Source: Mobula hypostoma
Taxonomy: Eukaryota
Assembly: GCF_963921235.1 (NCBI RefSeq)
Contig: NC_086108.1
Location: 8,060,001 to 8,124,000, forward strand
Direction: 5' to 3'
Length of the DNA stretch: 64,000 nt
Part shown: piece after piece, positions 49,496-62,949 of the stretch
Layout: the number at the start of each line of letters is the position of its first letter
How positions within the stretch are numbered: position 1 is the first letter of the stretch
The notes under the pieces: generated by a model
Database searches by the model: none
What the model saw: only the letters and a program-made list of their open reading frames with translations
What the model was told of the DNA's origin: nothing
Program-made: the position numbers and the translations under genes

Positions 49496-50129
49496 GACAT
49501 TCCAAAGATTTTTGGTTTTGTAGGATAATTGTCAAATGGGTTTGATAGGGCAGTGCAGGCTCGTTAAGCCAGAGAAGCCTGTTACCAATCTGTATCTCCG
49601 AACTAAAATAAATATTTATATAATAAATTCTATCAGTGATAAATAAACATGTTGATTCCTGATGCCGCTGGAGAAGAAGCCTTTGTAAAGATGAGATTAG
49701 CTGTACTTCCCACGAGTATATTGAAACACACAGTGAAATTCATTGTTTGCATCAACAACAAACGCAGTCCAGGGACATGCTGGGGGCTGCCCACAAGTAT
49801 CACCACACTTCCGGTGCTAACATAGCAGGCCCACAACTCACTAACCCTCACCCATACATCTCTGAACTGCGGGAGGAAACTGGAGCACTTGGAGGAAGCT
49901 CACATCTTCACAGGGAGAACATCCCTACCGGCAGCAGCGGAAATCGAACCGCAAACTCTGGGGCTGTAAAGAGTCCTGCTAACCGCCACACTACTGTGCT
50001 TGCGTCAGCTTGCCTGGGCTTTCAAGCTCCTGTATCCTCTCCCGGAAGGTAGAGGAGTGGAAATGGAATTGGTCGGGGCGGCAGGCATCTTCAGTGATGT
50101 TGTCCATTACGGTATTATTGTGAGTTAAG

Positions 50130-50890
50130 ACATGATTTAGGCCAGTACAGCACAGGAACAGGCCCTTCAGCCCACAGTGTTGTGCTGAACCTGATGAAAA
50201 GCAAATCAAAAGCACCCAAACACTAATCCCACCTACCTACACCATGTCCATATCCCTCCATCTTCCTCACATCCGGGTGCCCATCCAAACGTCTCTACCA
50301 CCAGTCCAGGTATCCACAGCTCTCTGAGTAAAAAACATATCACTCACACTTCCTCTCACCTTCAATCCTCTCACCTTCAATGCATGCCCTAGGAAACAGA
50401 TAGGGCCCTGCCTCCTCTATCGCTGCCCCTCAAAATCTTGAAAACCTCTATCAGATCTCCCCTCAGCCTCCGACACTCCAGAGAAAACAACCCAAGTTTA
50501 TCCAGCCTCTCATGACAGTACATGCCCTCTAAACCAGGCAGCATCCCGGTAAACCTCTTCTGCACCCTCTCCAAAGCCTCAACGTCCTTCCTATAGTGGG
50601 GTGACCAGAACAGTATGCAATACTCCAGATGTGGCCTAACCAGAGTTCTGTAAAGTTGCAACATAACCTCTTGACTTTTGAACTCAATGCCTCGACTAAT
50701 AAAAGCAAGTATTTCATAAGCCTTCTTAACCACCCCATCAATCTGTGTAGGCACTTCCAAGGAGCTATGAACTTGGACCCCCAGATCTCTCTGCTCAGCA
50801 TGCTAAGCACCTTGCCCTTAACTGTATACTGCCTCCTTGCATTTGCTCTACTGAGGTGCAGCAAACATCTCATATTTATCTGGGTTAAGC
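50130..50890 (-). mobile_element. CR1 3' fragment
   Basis: ORF 50389-50760 [20 protein letters not shown]. Confidence 0.88.
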
Positions 50891-50934
50891 TTGTGGGGCT
50901 TTATGCTGTTACTATGGAGGATGTCGATGGGAAA

Positions 50935-52390
50935 CCCCAACCAGAACCAGCATGGTTTCTTGACAGGAAAACCCTGCCTAACAAACCTACTGCAATTCTT
51001 TGAGGAAACTACAAGCAGGGTAGACAAAGGGGATGCAGTGGAGTGGTGTACTTGGATTTTCAGAAGGCCTTTGACAAGGTGCCGCACATGAGGCTGCTTA
51101 ACAAGACTACAGCCCATGGAATTACAGGGGAGTTACTGCATGGGTGGAGCATTGGCTGATCGGCAGAAAACAGAGAGTGGGAATAAAGGGATCCTATTCT
51201 GGCCAGCTCTCGGTTACCAGTGGAGTTCCACAGGGATCGGTGTTGGGACCGCTGCTTTTTACGATGTATGCCAATGATTTGAACTGTGGGATTAATGGAT
51301 TTGTGATGAAATTTGCCGATGATACAAAGATAGGTGGAGGGACGGGTAGTGTTGAGGAAACAGAGAGCCTGCAGAGAGACTTAGATAGTTTAGGGGAATG
51401 GGCAAAGAAGTGACAAATGAAATACAATGTTGGAAAGTGTATGGTCATGCACTTTGGTGGAAGAAATAAATGAGCAGACTATTATTTAGATGGGGAGAGA
51501 ATTCAAAATGCAGAGATGTAAAGGGACTTGGGAGTCCTTGAGCAAGATACCCTAAAGGTTAACCTTCAGGCTGAGTTGGTTGTGAAGAAGGCAAATTCAA
51601 TGTTGGGTCCATTTCTAGAGGTACAGAATATAAGAGCAGGGATCACACATAAAAGTTGCTGGTGAATGCAGCAGGCCAGGCAGCATCTATAGGAAGAGGT
51701 ACAGTCAATGTTTCAGGCCGCGACTCTTCGTCAGGTATGTTGCTTGAAATTCCAGCATCTTCAGATTTCCTCGTGTTTTCGTTTTTAAATAAGAGGAGGG
51801 ATGTGATTTTGAGGCTCTATAAGGCACTCGTGAGACCACACTTGGAGTATTGTGTGCAGTTTTGGGCTCCTTACTTTAGAAAGGATATACTGACATTGGA
51901 GAGGGTTCAGAGAAGATTCACGAGAATGATTCCAGGAATGAAAGGGTTACTGTATAAGGAACGTCGGGCAGCTCTTGGGCTGTATTCCCTGGAGTTCAGG
52001 AGAATGAAGGGGGATCTCACAGAAACATTCTGAATATTAAAAGACCTGAACAGGTTAGATATGTCAAAGTTATTTCCCATGGTAGGAGAGTATAGGACAA
52101 GAGGGCATGACTTCAGGATTGAAGGACATCCATTTAGAACAGAGATGCGGAGATATTACCTTAGTCAGAGGGTGGTAAATCTGTGGAATTTGTTACTACA
52201 GGCGGCTGTAGAGGCCAGGTCATTGGGTGTATTTAAGGCAGAGATAGATAGGTTCTTGATTAGCCAGGGCATCAAAGAGTATGGGGTGAAAGCAGGGGAG
52301 TGGGGATGACTGGAAGAATTGGATTAGCCTGTGATTGAATGGCAGAGCCGAATGGCCTACTTCTGCTCCTATATCTTACGGTCTAATGGT
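50935..52390 (+). mobile_element. CR1 RT fragment interrupted by a Penelope-like terminal piece at 51644-51788
   Basis: [38 protein letters not shown]. Confidence 0.9.
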
Positions 52391-52394
52391 AAAG

Positions 52395-53380
52395 AACCAG
52401 AATCAGGATCGGAATCATAATCTGAATTAGGTTTATTATCACTGATACACAGTGTGAACTTGTTCACTTTGTGGCAGCAATACAATGCGAGAAATAAAAA
52501 GTTACAACAAGATATATGTAAAAAAATAAATAAGTGGTTCAAAACAAGAAGAAAAAATTCAGGTAGCGTTTATGGGTTCATTGTCCGTACAGAAATCTGG
52601 TGAAGAAGCTGTTCCTGAAACATTGCGTGCCAGTCTTCAGGCTCCTGGACCTCCTCCTTGGAGGTAGAAGTGAGAAGGGGTGGAGTCCATTCTGTATTTA
52701 ATATTTCAGTAATATTTGAGTAATCTTGTAAATATATTGTTTGCTTAAGCATTCTTTGATGTTTACATAATTCACTAATCATGCAAAAATAGAAATAAAA
52801 AAGTAGTGAGGTAGTGTTCATGGGTTCATTGTCCGTTCAGAAATCGGATGGCAGAGGGGAAGAAGCTGTTCCTGAATCACTGAGTGTGTGTCTTCGGGCT
52901 CCTGTACCTCCTCCCTGATGGTAACAGTGTGAAGAGGATAGTCCAGGGCAAAGAGGGACCTTAATGACGGATATTGCCTTTTTGAGACATCGCTCCTTGA
53001 AGATGTCCTGGATACTTCAGAGGCTGGTGCCCGTGATGGAGCTGACTGAGTTTACAACTCTCTGCAGCTTTCTTCAATCCTGTGCAGTCGCCCTTGCACC
53101 CACCCCCCCACCCCCCGCCGTACCAGATGGTGATGCAGCCAGTTAGAACGCTCTCAGAGAGTGTTTTCGGTGACGTACCAAATCTCCTCAAACTCCTAAT
53201 GAAATACAGCCACCATCTTGCCTTCTTTGTAGTGACATTGATGTGTTGGGACCAGGTTGGATCCTCAGAGATATTGATGCCCAGGAACTTGAAACTGCTC
53301 ACTCTCTCCACTTCTGATCCCTCCATGGGCACGGGTGTGTGCTCTCTTGTTCTACCCTTTCTGAAGTCCACAATCATTGC
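52395..53380 (-). mobile_element. Two tandem Rex1/Babar 3' fragments
   Basis: IVDFRKG...SFKFLGINISED...LTGCITIWYG; two ORF-end/3' UTR segments. Confidence 0.85.
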
Positions 53381-55324
53381 ATTGAAAGGGGATGGATTTG
53401 GGGTGGAGATCGCAAAACCCTTTTGGACATTTGATAATGTAAGACGCCGCAGGCCTGTTTCCCTTGTTTGGTGGGGAGACGGGTGACGTGGGAGCTGATA
53501 GCCTCGGTTGTGGCAAGGACTAGACCTCAAGTCGCAGGCTTGCCTGCTGCTGCAGACCAGGTGACAAATGGCCAGAAGTGCCGTCAGCACTTTGTTGGAG
53601 GCTGGCCTCTAAAATATGTATTTTTTTTGCGTAAACATGTTTTTTTTTGCTTGCGATTTTGAATGTGCTGTGTATGTTTGCAGCTTGGCCCAGAGAAATG
53701 CTGTTTCATTCCACTGTATTAATGTTTGGTTGAATGAAAATTAAACTCCATTTGATTTGATTTGTTATTGGTGTACAGTCCAGAAGCTCAGGGAGAATTG
53801 TCCCGAGTTTCTCATTACCCACAAGCACAGTACCGCCTCCGTCCCTGGAAAAGGTCAGCTAGATGCTCGGGGAAATGTCACCACAACTGTTCAAACACTT
53901 CCAGGCCAGATAAGATGCTCAATCACTTTGTGCCACAGAGAACACAGCAGTTAAATCTAACAACCTACTTCATCTTGCCTGTGGGTAGATAGCAGAGCAG
54001 TTTAATGTGATACCATGCCCAGATAATACTCGACATTAAATCCTGAAGCGGGGGGGGGGGGGGGTTCAAATCCTCAATTTTGCCTCATGGTTACTTGCTT
54101 AAGTATATTTTTCAAATAGATCAGAATTATTTTGCAGTAATCAGATTTTTTTCCTCGCTGAACATCTGCGTCGCTAACTCTCAGGGACATCAATGACTCC
54201 ATCTTTCTCTCTGTGATTTCCTGCGCCATCGGTTGTCTACCAGAAGCGGTATCTGCCCTGCAGTAATCGGCAATGTCTGTTCAATCATATAGTTGTTATC
54301 CAAACTATTGTCGGCTGTTCAGCAGTCATCACTCACAGATCTCTTTGTGTCGGCCGTGCTAACATGGGAAGTTTGACGTGAGGCTGCCTTTCTGAGGCAT
54401 CGCGCTCTGAAGAAGTCCTCAGTGGTGGGGAGGAATGTACCCGTGAGGGAGCTGGCTGAGACTACATCCGCTGCAGCTTTTTCCGAGCCCGTACGTCGGA
54501 GCCTCCGTACTAGACAGTGATGCAGGCAGTCAGAATGCTCTGTCGAAGCAGATTAGACTGGTGTTGATCGCTCGTCCCCAGTTGTACCTGAAGAGGTGGA
54601 GGTGAGTTGCCATCTTGAACCTCGTGCTCCGTGTGGCGAAGGTGTCTGACAGAGCTATGGGAAGGGAGCCAGAGAACTACAGTGACAATGAAGGAATGAA
54701 GGAGACATTTACAACTGGGGTATGGTGTGATTTGGTGGGGAAGCTGTGGGGTTGGATCTCCCACACAGCTGCTTCTCTTGTTCTTGACTTGGTGATTTGG
54801 CACATGAGATTTGGTGGGGGATCTGCGGTGGAGGTTTTCACTTGTACAATACCTGCTCTTCGAAGGACTCACGAAGACAGCTCACAACATGCTGGAGGAA
54901 CTCAGCAGGTCGGGCAGCATCCGTGGAAACGATCAGCCAACGTTTCGGGCCAGAACCCTTTGTCAGGACTCAGCTAGCTTGTCATGGCCTTGCATCTCGT
55001 TGGCAGCCTGCACTGTATTTTCTCTGTAACTGTAACACTTTATTCTGAATTCTGTTCTTGCTTTCCCATGTCATTAGCTTGATACACTAAAGTGACAAAG
55101 TGTTCTGTGTGGATGACAGGCAAAACAAAGTTTTTATCTGTAAATGTGACAATAAAAAACCAAGTTAATATCTGGTTCTTGAACCAATCTGTAAAAATCC
55201 TAACCAATATCTCAGTGTGCAACACTATGGACCTAATCAATATCGTAATTACTGCCTCAGTGTAAGCAACACTGTGACCCTGATCAATATCGTAATCACA
55301 GGCAACACTATGAACCTAATCTCT

Positions 55325-56290
55325 ACCTCAGTGTACAACACTACGACACTAATCACTATCCAGATCACTACCTCAGTGTACAACACTACGACACTAATCA
55401 CTATCCAGATCACTACCTCAGTGTACAACACTACGACACTAATCACTATCCAGATCACTACCTCAGTGTACAACACTACGACACTAATCACTATCCAGAT
55501 CACTACCTCAGTGTGCAACACTACGACACTAATCACTATCCAGATCACTACCTCAGTGTGCAACACTACGACACTAATCACTATCCAGATCACTACCTCA
55601 GTGTGCAACACTACGACACTAATCACTATCCAGATCACTACCTCAGTGTACAACACTACGACACTAATCACTATCCAGATCACTACCTCAGTGTGCAACA
55701 CTACGACACTAATCACTATCCAGAACACTACCTCAGTGTACAACACTACGACACTAATCACTATCCAGATCACTATCTCAGTGTGCAACACTACGACACT
55801 AATCACTATCCAGATCACTACCTCAGTGTGCAACACTACGACACTAATCACTATCCAGATCACTACCTCAGTGTACAACACTACGACACTAATCACTATC
55901 CAGAACACTATCTCAGTGTGCAACACTACGACACTAATCACTATCCAGATCACTACCTCAGTGTACAACACTACGACACTAATCACTATCCAGATCACTA
56001 TCTCAGTGTGCAACACTACGACACTAATCACTATCCAGATCACTACCTCAGTGTACAACACTACGACACTAATCACTATCCAGATCACTACCTCAGTGTA
56101 CAACACTACGACACTAATCACTATCCAGATCACTACCTCAGTGTACAACACTACGACACTAATCACTATCCAGATCACTATCTCAGTGTGCAACACTACG
56201 ACACTAATCACTATCCAGATCACTACCTCAGTGTGCAACACTACGACACTAATCACTATCCAGATCACTACCTCAGTGTGCAACACTGTG
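55325..56290. repeat. 45-bp minisatellite (~21 units, ACCTCAGTGTRCAACACTACGACACTAATCACTATCCAGATCACT)
   Basis: Period of 45 with near-identical units. Degenerate units at 55205-55320. Confidence 0.97.
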
Positions 56291-56299
56291 ATCCTAATC

Positions 56300-56690
56300 A
56301 CTCATCAGCATTAAGTGATGTTTCAGGTGATGTGGGCAATCATGGTCTTTCCATGACCGTGATTGTTCTTGACAAATTTTTCCACAGATGTGGTTTGTCA
56401 CTTCCTCCTTCTGGGCAATATCCTTACAAAACAGGTGTCCCCAGCCATTATCAATATGCTTCAGCGATTGTCTGCCTGGCGTTAGTGATCACATAACCGG
56501 GACTTGTGATATGCACCAGCTGTTCATACGACCACCTGCTTCCACGGCTTCGTGTGACCCTGATCAGACGGGGGTGGTGGGGGGGCTAAGCAGGTGCTAC
56601 ACCTTGCCCAAGGGTGACCTGCTGGCTAGCGGAGGGAAGGAGCACCTCATATCTCCTTCGGTAGAGACGTATCTCCACTCCACCACCTAT
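56300..56690 (-). mobile_element. RTE/BovB-type SINE-like element (family A)
   Basis: Homologous to the 5170-7740 pieces, including the 5' head. Confidence 0.65.
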
Positions 56691-57587
56691 CCCAGAAGGT
56701 AGAAGAGAGGAAGGAGAATGGCTGGTGTAGTGGGCATCTCTGACAACACTGTCAGCCGCTTTGAAGCAATGCACTGTGAAAATGGAGTAGATGGAAGTGA
56801 GTAGAGATCCTGTGGTGGACTGGACAGTCTTTGGAGATTGAAAAATGGCGTTCCTCTGTGCAGGCGACATGGGTGACAGGGGCCACGCCGTTCTGCTTCT
56901 GCACAAGTAAATAAAGTGCATCTGAGGAAGTAGTGTGAGTGTTTAGAGTGCTGTTAATCGGTGAAGGCAAGCCCATCAATTGGGAAAACAGAGAGGGAAG
57001 TTCGAAAAGGAGACGGGTCACTTTTGTCAATGCATTATTCCTTCAGTTTGTATCTCAGCCTGGACTTGGTGCTGCCACCTCTGGGGTGAAGTTGCCCACT
57101 GTGGCACAGGGGACAATAGAACATCTCACTGACTAGAAAACAAAATATCATGGAGAAAGTGGCCATGTCTAGACAGCTAACCAAACACAGACAGCAGAAT
57201 CTTAAAAGGAACCAGTTAATGATGGTGTTGGAGCACGGTCTCACTCTGATCAATCAAGATGATCATTGCCCGACAGCGGAAGACACATCAACAGGCTAAT
57301 GCACAGTAACCACATTTTCCCAGCACAATCTGATCAGAGGAAAATTAGCCAGGCAAGGTAGCGTCTTGGGATGTTAACCATTTATCAGCCAGCCGTAGTC
57401 AGCACAGTATGAGTAGGTCACTGGCTGCCAGCACGGTCCATCTCAACGTGTATTCCTGCAAGAGAGGTGGACAGACGGAGAGAGAGATACATAAATATAG
57501 ATAGGTCAAGATAGTGAGTCCTCAGATAGATAACTAGGAGAGATATTGAGAGGTAGGTAGAGGAAAAGATAGTTAAATAGATACATG

Positions 57588-58096
57588 CATTACTGTGCAA
57601 AAGTCGTAGATATATGTCATAGCAATGGTGCCCATGACTTTTTCACAGTACAGTACTGTATTTGTCAATGTGAAGCGGAGAGCAAGATTGTAAATGTGGT
57701 GGGAGCAAAGGATGTTGGCCATGGAGAGGGTGAAGTGCCACGGGAGGGGTGTGGGGACAGGTGGCAGAAGAGGTGTGTCAGGAACGGGTGCAAGCACAAG
57801 GCAGGATCATTTGATTCCAAACAATTGGTTTATTGATCATTACAGAATGTCTCTCTTGTGCTTCCAGCTCCCTCTCCTCTTCCTTCCCCTTTTCCCAACC
57901 ATGATTCCCCTCTCCCTGTCCCCTTCCCACTGTCAGTCTCCAGCAGAGACCCAGATCAGAATCAGGTTTATCATCACTCACATCTGTCATGAAATTTGTT
58001 TTTGTTTGCAGCAGCAGTACAGTGTAATGTATAAAATTGCTACAGTACTCTGCTAAAGTCTGAGGCACCCTAGCCTGAGACTTTTACACAGTACTG
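57588..58096. mobile_element. Composite Tc1/mariner-type MITE, copy 2
   Basis: Same termini and same internal sequence as 13290-13799. Confidence 0.85.
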
Positions 58097-59259
58097 TTCA
58101 TAGAGATGGTGAGTAGATAGATAAATAGATTAAGGGGGAGAGATCGATAAATAGAAATAGATAATTAGAAGAGATAGATGACACATTGATCAATAGAGCG
58201 AGAGAGTGATATAAGGAGATCAAAAGCTTCAAAGGTTCATTTATTATCAAAGTATAGAACTCTGAAATGATTCTTCTCCAGGTAACCACGAAACCAAGAA
58301 AGAAAAAAATGACAGCATGATCACCAACTACCGTACCCCCCGAACTTCCTCCTCCCCGTGCAAAAAACACAAAATGGGAACAGGTACATCACCCCCCAAA
58401 CACGAAAATGAGAAAGATCATGTGAAGAAAACAGAATATTAAAAAAACTATATGACTGGGAAAAAAGGCTGTAGTCAAGTCCATACACAAAATGCAGAAA
58501 ACGCGGCTAACTTTCTCCAGGCACAGCGGCAGCCTCTGCCCTCCCCAGCAGTGAGCGATCACCCAGTGATCAAGAAGCAGTCTCCCCTCTCCGGTAGCAG
58601 AGCGATCCCCCAACGATCTAAAGGCAGGCAGCTTTTTGATACGGTGATAGAAGATAGAGAGATAGAGATAGAGAAAGAGATAGAGGGAGGAGGAGGAGGA
58701 GGAAGAGAGGGCGAGAGAGAGAGTGAGAGACAAACAGAGACAGAATGCTCCAGATTAGACCAATTTGTCATGATTCCAGGATCATCGAGTTCCATATACC
58801 AAACAAGTTGCTGCATCAGCCAGTTTCCAAGTGACAGGACTTATGTTCGCAGGGGTTTCTTTGACTGAGAGGTCGAGTACAGATGTGAGCCCCTGACATT
58901 TGTAGGATGTAGAAAATGAAGTTTATTGTCAGAGTTGAAGGGAATGTGACGTGGGTAAGTACAACCACCCCTTCTGTCGTTCCCAGCACGTGACAGAGTG
59001 TATAGCACTGGAGGGGGTTTGCTGGTGTGATGGTTAAAGGGCAAAACCAGCAATTCAGATCTCAGTTAGTGAGTCAGAATCATAGAGCAATGCAGCAGAG
59101 TGACAGGCTGTTTGGCCTGACTCGTCCATGCTGCCCACCAGGAGAGTCTTAATTCCCCAGAGCTGGATGTGGAGAGGGTATTTCCGATACATATACATTC
59201 TCTTCCTTAATGCACATTTCCAAACCAAACCAGGAGGTTCATCGCCTGCTGAGGGCTCC

Positions 59260-61055
59260 AGTTCTATATAAGAACACCAGGCACTGGCGGAGGGCTATTT
59301 CAAGAGCTAAGAAACAATTCTGAATGAGGTTGGAGGCGGCATCGGATGCACGTCAACTCTGGCGGGGTTTGCAGGCCATTACTTCCTACAAAGCAAAACC
59401 CAGCATCACGAACGTCAGCAATGCTTCATTACCAGATGAGCTCAACACCTTTTATGTCTGCTTTGAGAGGGAGAATAAAACCACAGCTATGAGGGTCCCT
59501 GCAGCATCCGATGACCCTGTGACCTCAGTCTCAAGCCAGCAGGGACTGATGGAGTAGCTGGCAAGGCTCTGAAAATCTGTCCCAACCAACTGGTGGGAGT
59601 ATTCAAAGACATTTTCAATCTCTCACTGCTACGGCCAGAAGTTCCCACTTGCTTCAAAAGGGCAACAATTATACCAGTGCTGAAGGAGAGCTGTGTGATC
59701 TGCGTCGATGACTATCATCCAGTAGCATTCACATCTACAGTGATGAGGTGTTGTGAGAGGCTGGTCATGGCTAGAGTTACCACCTGTCTCAGAAAGGACG
59801 TGGAGTCCACTGCAATCTGTCTATCGCCAGAATCGGTCTACAGCAGATGTGATCTCAGTGGCTGTCCGCGCAGCCTTGGATCACCTGGACAATGCAAATA
59901 CCAATGTCTGGATGCAGTTTATTGACTACAGCTCAGCACTTAACACCATCAATCCTACAGCCCCGATCGAAAAGCTACAGAACCTGGGCCTCTATACCTC
60001 CCTCTGCAACTCGATCCTCTACTTCCTAACCAAGAGACCATAACCTGTGCGGTTTGGAAATAGCATCTCCTCCTCGCTGACAATTAACACAGGGCTGTGT
60101 GCTTAGCCCACTGCTCTACTCTCTCTACACCCATGACCGTGTTGCTCAGCATAGCTCAAATGCCACCGATACATTTGCTGACAATACAATCATTGTTGCC
60201 AGAGTTTTAGATGGTGACGAAAGGGCATACAGGAGCAAGATATATACCAGTGGTGTCACAGTGACAACCTTGCACTCAACATCAGCAAGACCAAAGAGCT
60301 GATTGTGGACTTCAGAAAGGGTAAGACAAGGGAACATACACCAGTCCTCATAGTGTGATCAGGAATGGAAAGAGTGAGCAATTTCTAGCTCCTAGGTGTC
60401 AATATTTCTGAGGATCTAACCTGGACCCAGCATATCCATGCAGCTATAAAGAAGGCTTTGCAGAGGCTGTATTTCACTCGGGGTTTAAAGAGACTTGGTT
60501 TGTCAACTAAAACACTTGAAGACTACTATAAATATACTGTGGAGAGCATTCTGACTGGCTGCATCACCGTCTGGTATGGGGTGGGGGGGGGGTGTTGGTA
60601 CTGCACAAGTTCGAAATAAGTCGCAGAAACTTGTAACATCAGTCGGCTCCATCATGGGTAGCAGCCTCCGCGACATCTTCAAAAAGCAGTGCCTTAGGAA
60701 GGCAGCATCCATCATTAAGGACCCCCACCACCCAGGACATGCCCTCTTCTCATTGTTACCATCAGGAATGAGGTACAGGAGCCTGAAGACTCAATGATTC
60801 AGGAACAGCTTCTTCCCCTCTGCCATCCGATTCCTAAATGGACATTGAACCCATGAACACTACCTCACTACTTTTTTATTTCTGTTATTTTTGCACTAAT
60901 TATTTTAATTTAACTATTTAGCAGACATATATATATATTTAATGTAACTCAGTTTTTTCCTCTATTTATTTATCATGTATTGCATTGTACTGCTGCTGTA
61001 AAGTTAACAAATTTCACGACATATGCCGGTGATATTAAATCTGATTCTGATTCTG
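59260..61055 (+). mobile_element. Degenerate Rex1/Babar LINE
   Basis: LPDELNTFY, VFKDIFNLSL...[39 protein letters not shown] tail. Confidence 0.92.
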
Positions 61056-62090
61056 TAGTGGGGGGAGACTAGGACCAGAGGGCATAGTCTCAGAACTTTA
61101 TTGACTTATTTGTGTTAATATTTTCTTTTATGTGCAGTGTGTGATATGGGTATTGTGGGTGCATCGTGGCCCAGAGGAACATTGTTTCATTTGGTTGTAT
61201 ATATGTACAGTCAGATGACAATAAACTTGGAACTCAACTTCTAAAGGATGCCCTTTAGAACAGAGATGAGAGGAGTTTCTTTAACCAGAAGGTTATGCAC
61301 TTTGGTAGAAGGACCAAAAGCGTAGATTATTTTCTAAACGGGGAGAAATTCCAAAAATCAGAGGTGCAAAGAGATTTGGAAGTCCTTGTAGAGGATTCGT
61401 AAAGGTTAATTTGAAGGTTGAGTTGGTGGTGAGGTAGGTGAATACGATGTTAGCATTCATTTTGACAAGACTAGAATACAAAAACAAGGATGTGATATTG
61501 AGGCTTTATAAGGCACTGGTGAGGCCTCACTTGGAGTACTGTGAGCAGTTTTGGGCCTCTTATTTCAGAAAGGATGTGCTGACATTGGGGAGGGTTCAGA
61601 GGAGGAGGTTCACGAGAATGATTCTGTGAATGAAAGGGTTAATATAATCAGCAGCAATTGAAGGTTCTGGGCCTGTACTCGCTGGAATTTAGAAGAATGA
61701 GGAAGGGACCTCAGTGAAACCTACCGAATGTTGAAAGGTCCAGGTAGAATGGATATGAAGAGGATGTTTCCTATAGTGGGGGCGACTAGGACCAGAGGAC
61801 ACAGCCTCAAAATAGTAGGACATCAATTTAGAATGAAGATGAGGGGGAACTCCTTTAGCCAGAGATGGGTGAATCAGTGGAATTCATTGTCACATACAGC
61901 AGTGGAAGCCAAATAATTGGGTAAATTTGAAGCGGAGGTTGGTAGGTTCTTGATTAGTAAAGGTGTCATAGGTTATGGGGTAAAGGCAGGAAAATGGGTT
62001 TGAGAGATATAATAAATCAGCTCTGATGGAATGGTGGAGCAGACTCGATGGGACGAATGGCCTAATTCTGCTCCTGTAACTTATGATCCT
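61055..62090 (+). mobile_element. CR1 3' fragments
   Basis: [21 protein letters not shown]. Confidence 0.85.
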
Positions 62091-62949
62091 ATGGCCCCAA
62101 ACTGGTCATGGTGTTACCCGTGCCTTCTCCCGCAATCCTTTTCTCCTGTAGGATATCCCAACACTCACTGTGATGTCTTTCACCCAGCACCAGACAGACA
62201 TTCAGGACTGGGCCCAGGGACTTTCTGTTTGAACTTAATTATGACTGGCAAGGGTTTCTTGCATTCTTGAATGACTTACAGGGGACTTTCACTGTGCTCT
62301 GTAAACAGAGTCCTACTGTGTGTTTGTGGAGAATGATTGGTCTCGCTGTGTCGCTCGGTTGTTCCTCTGATGCCAAGTAGTGTTCCAATGCCTAACCCCT
62401 TGTTCCATCTCTTCATGGGGAGCTTGCTGTTCCTCCGCTCCTGTCCCGAGTCATTGCCAGTGCTTACCATGACCGAGGCTGCCGTCTGCCACACCTGGAT
62501 TGAGTTGGTGCCAGTGACCACCATGACAGTTCCCCCGCACTTGGGCCCAGTGCTGTGTGCCCACACCCCAGAACACCTACTTCAATGGGCGGGCTAAACC
62601 AGGTGAGGGTAGCTGGCGGTCTCATACCCCGGTGAGCTGGGGATATGCCTGACCCAGCATGCGGTCACCTCCAGTGGACTGGGCAGATGAGATCGACAGT
62701 GAGATCCAACAGCCAGGGAGGTGGTACCGGAACGCTCCACGGGGAGCGAAGGAACGGAAGATGTCCTGGTCATCCATTGCAAACAGGGAAGACCCCGGTT
62801 TGTGACGCTTGTTCATACCACTGGACCCAGACTTCCGAGGTCGAGAGAGTGGAACTGATCCAGTGCAGAGGCTTTTCCACTTTAAAAACTCTCCTGCCCA
62901 GGTTTCCTGTCATCGTCAGACCTGATGGACAACCACTACCATTTAAGGT

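Noticed and set aside
55217..56496. 327-365-aa mucin-like or hydrophobic repeat proteins
   Set aside because: Open only because the 45-bp unit lacks stops; no gene structure. Kept as a repeat.
62585..62945. GC-rich block resembling another RTE-type leader or SINE
   Set aside because: Single copy in the window with no TSD or ORF; cannot be classified from sequence alone.
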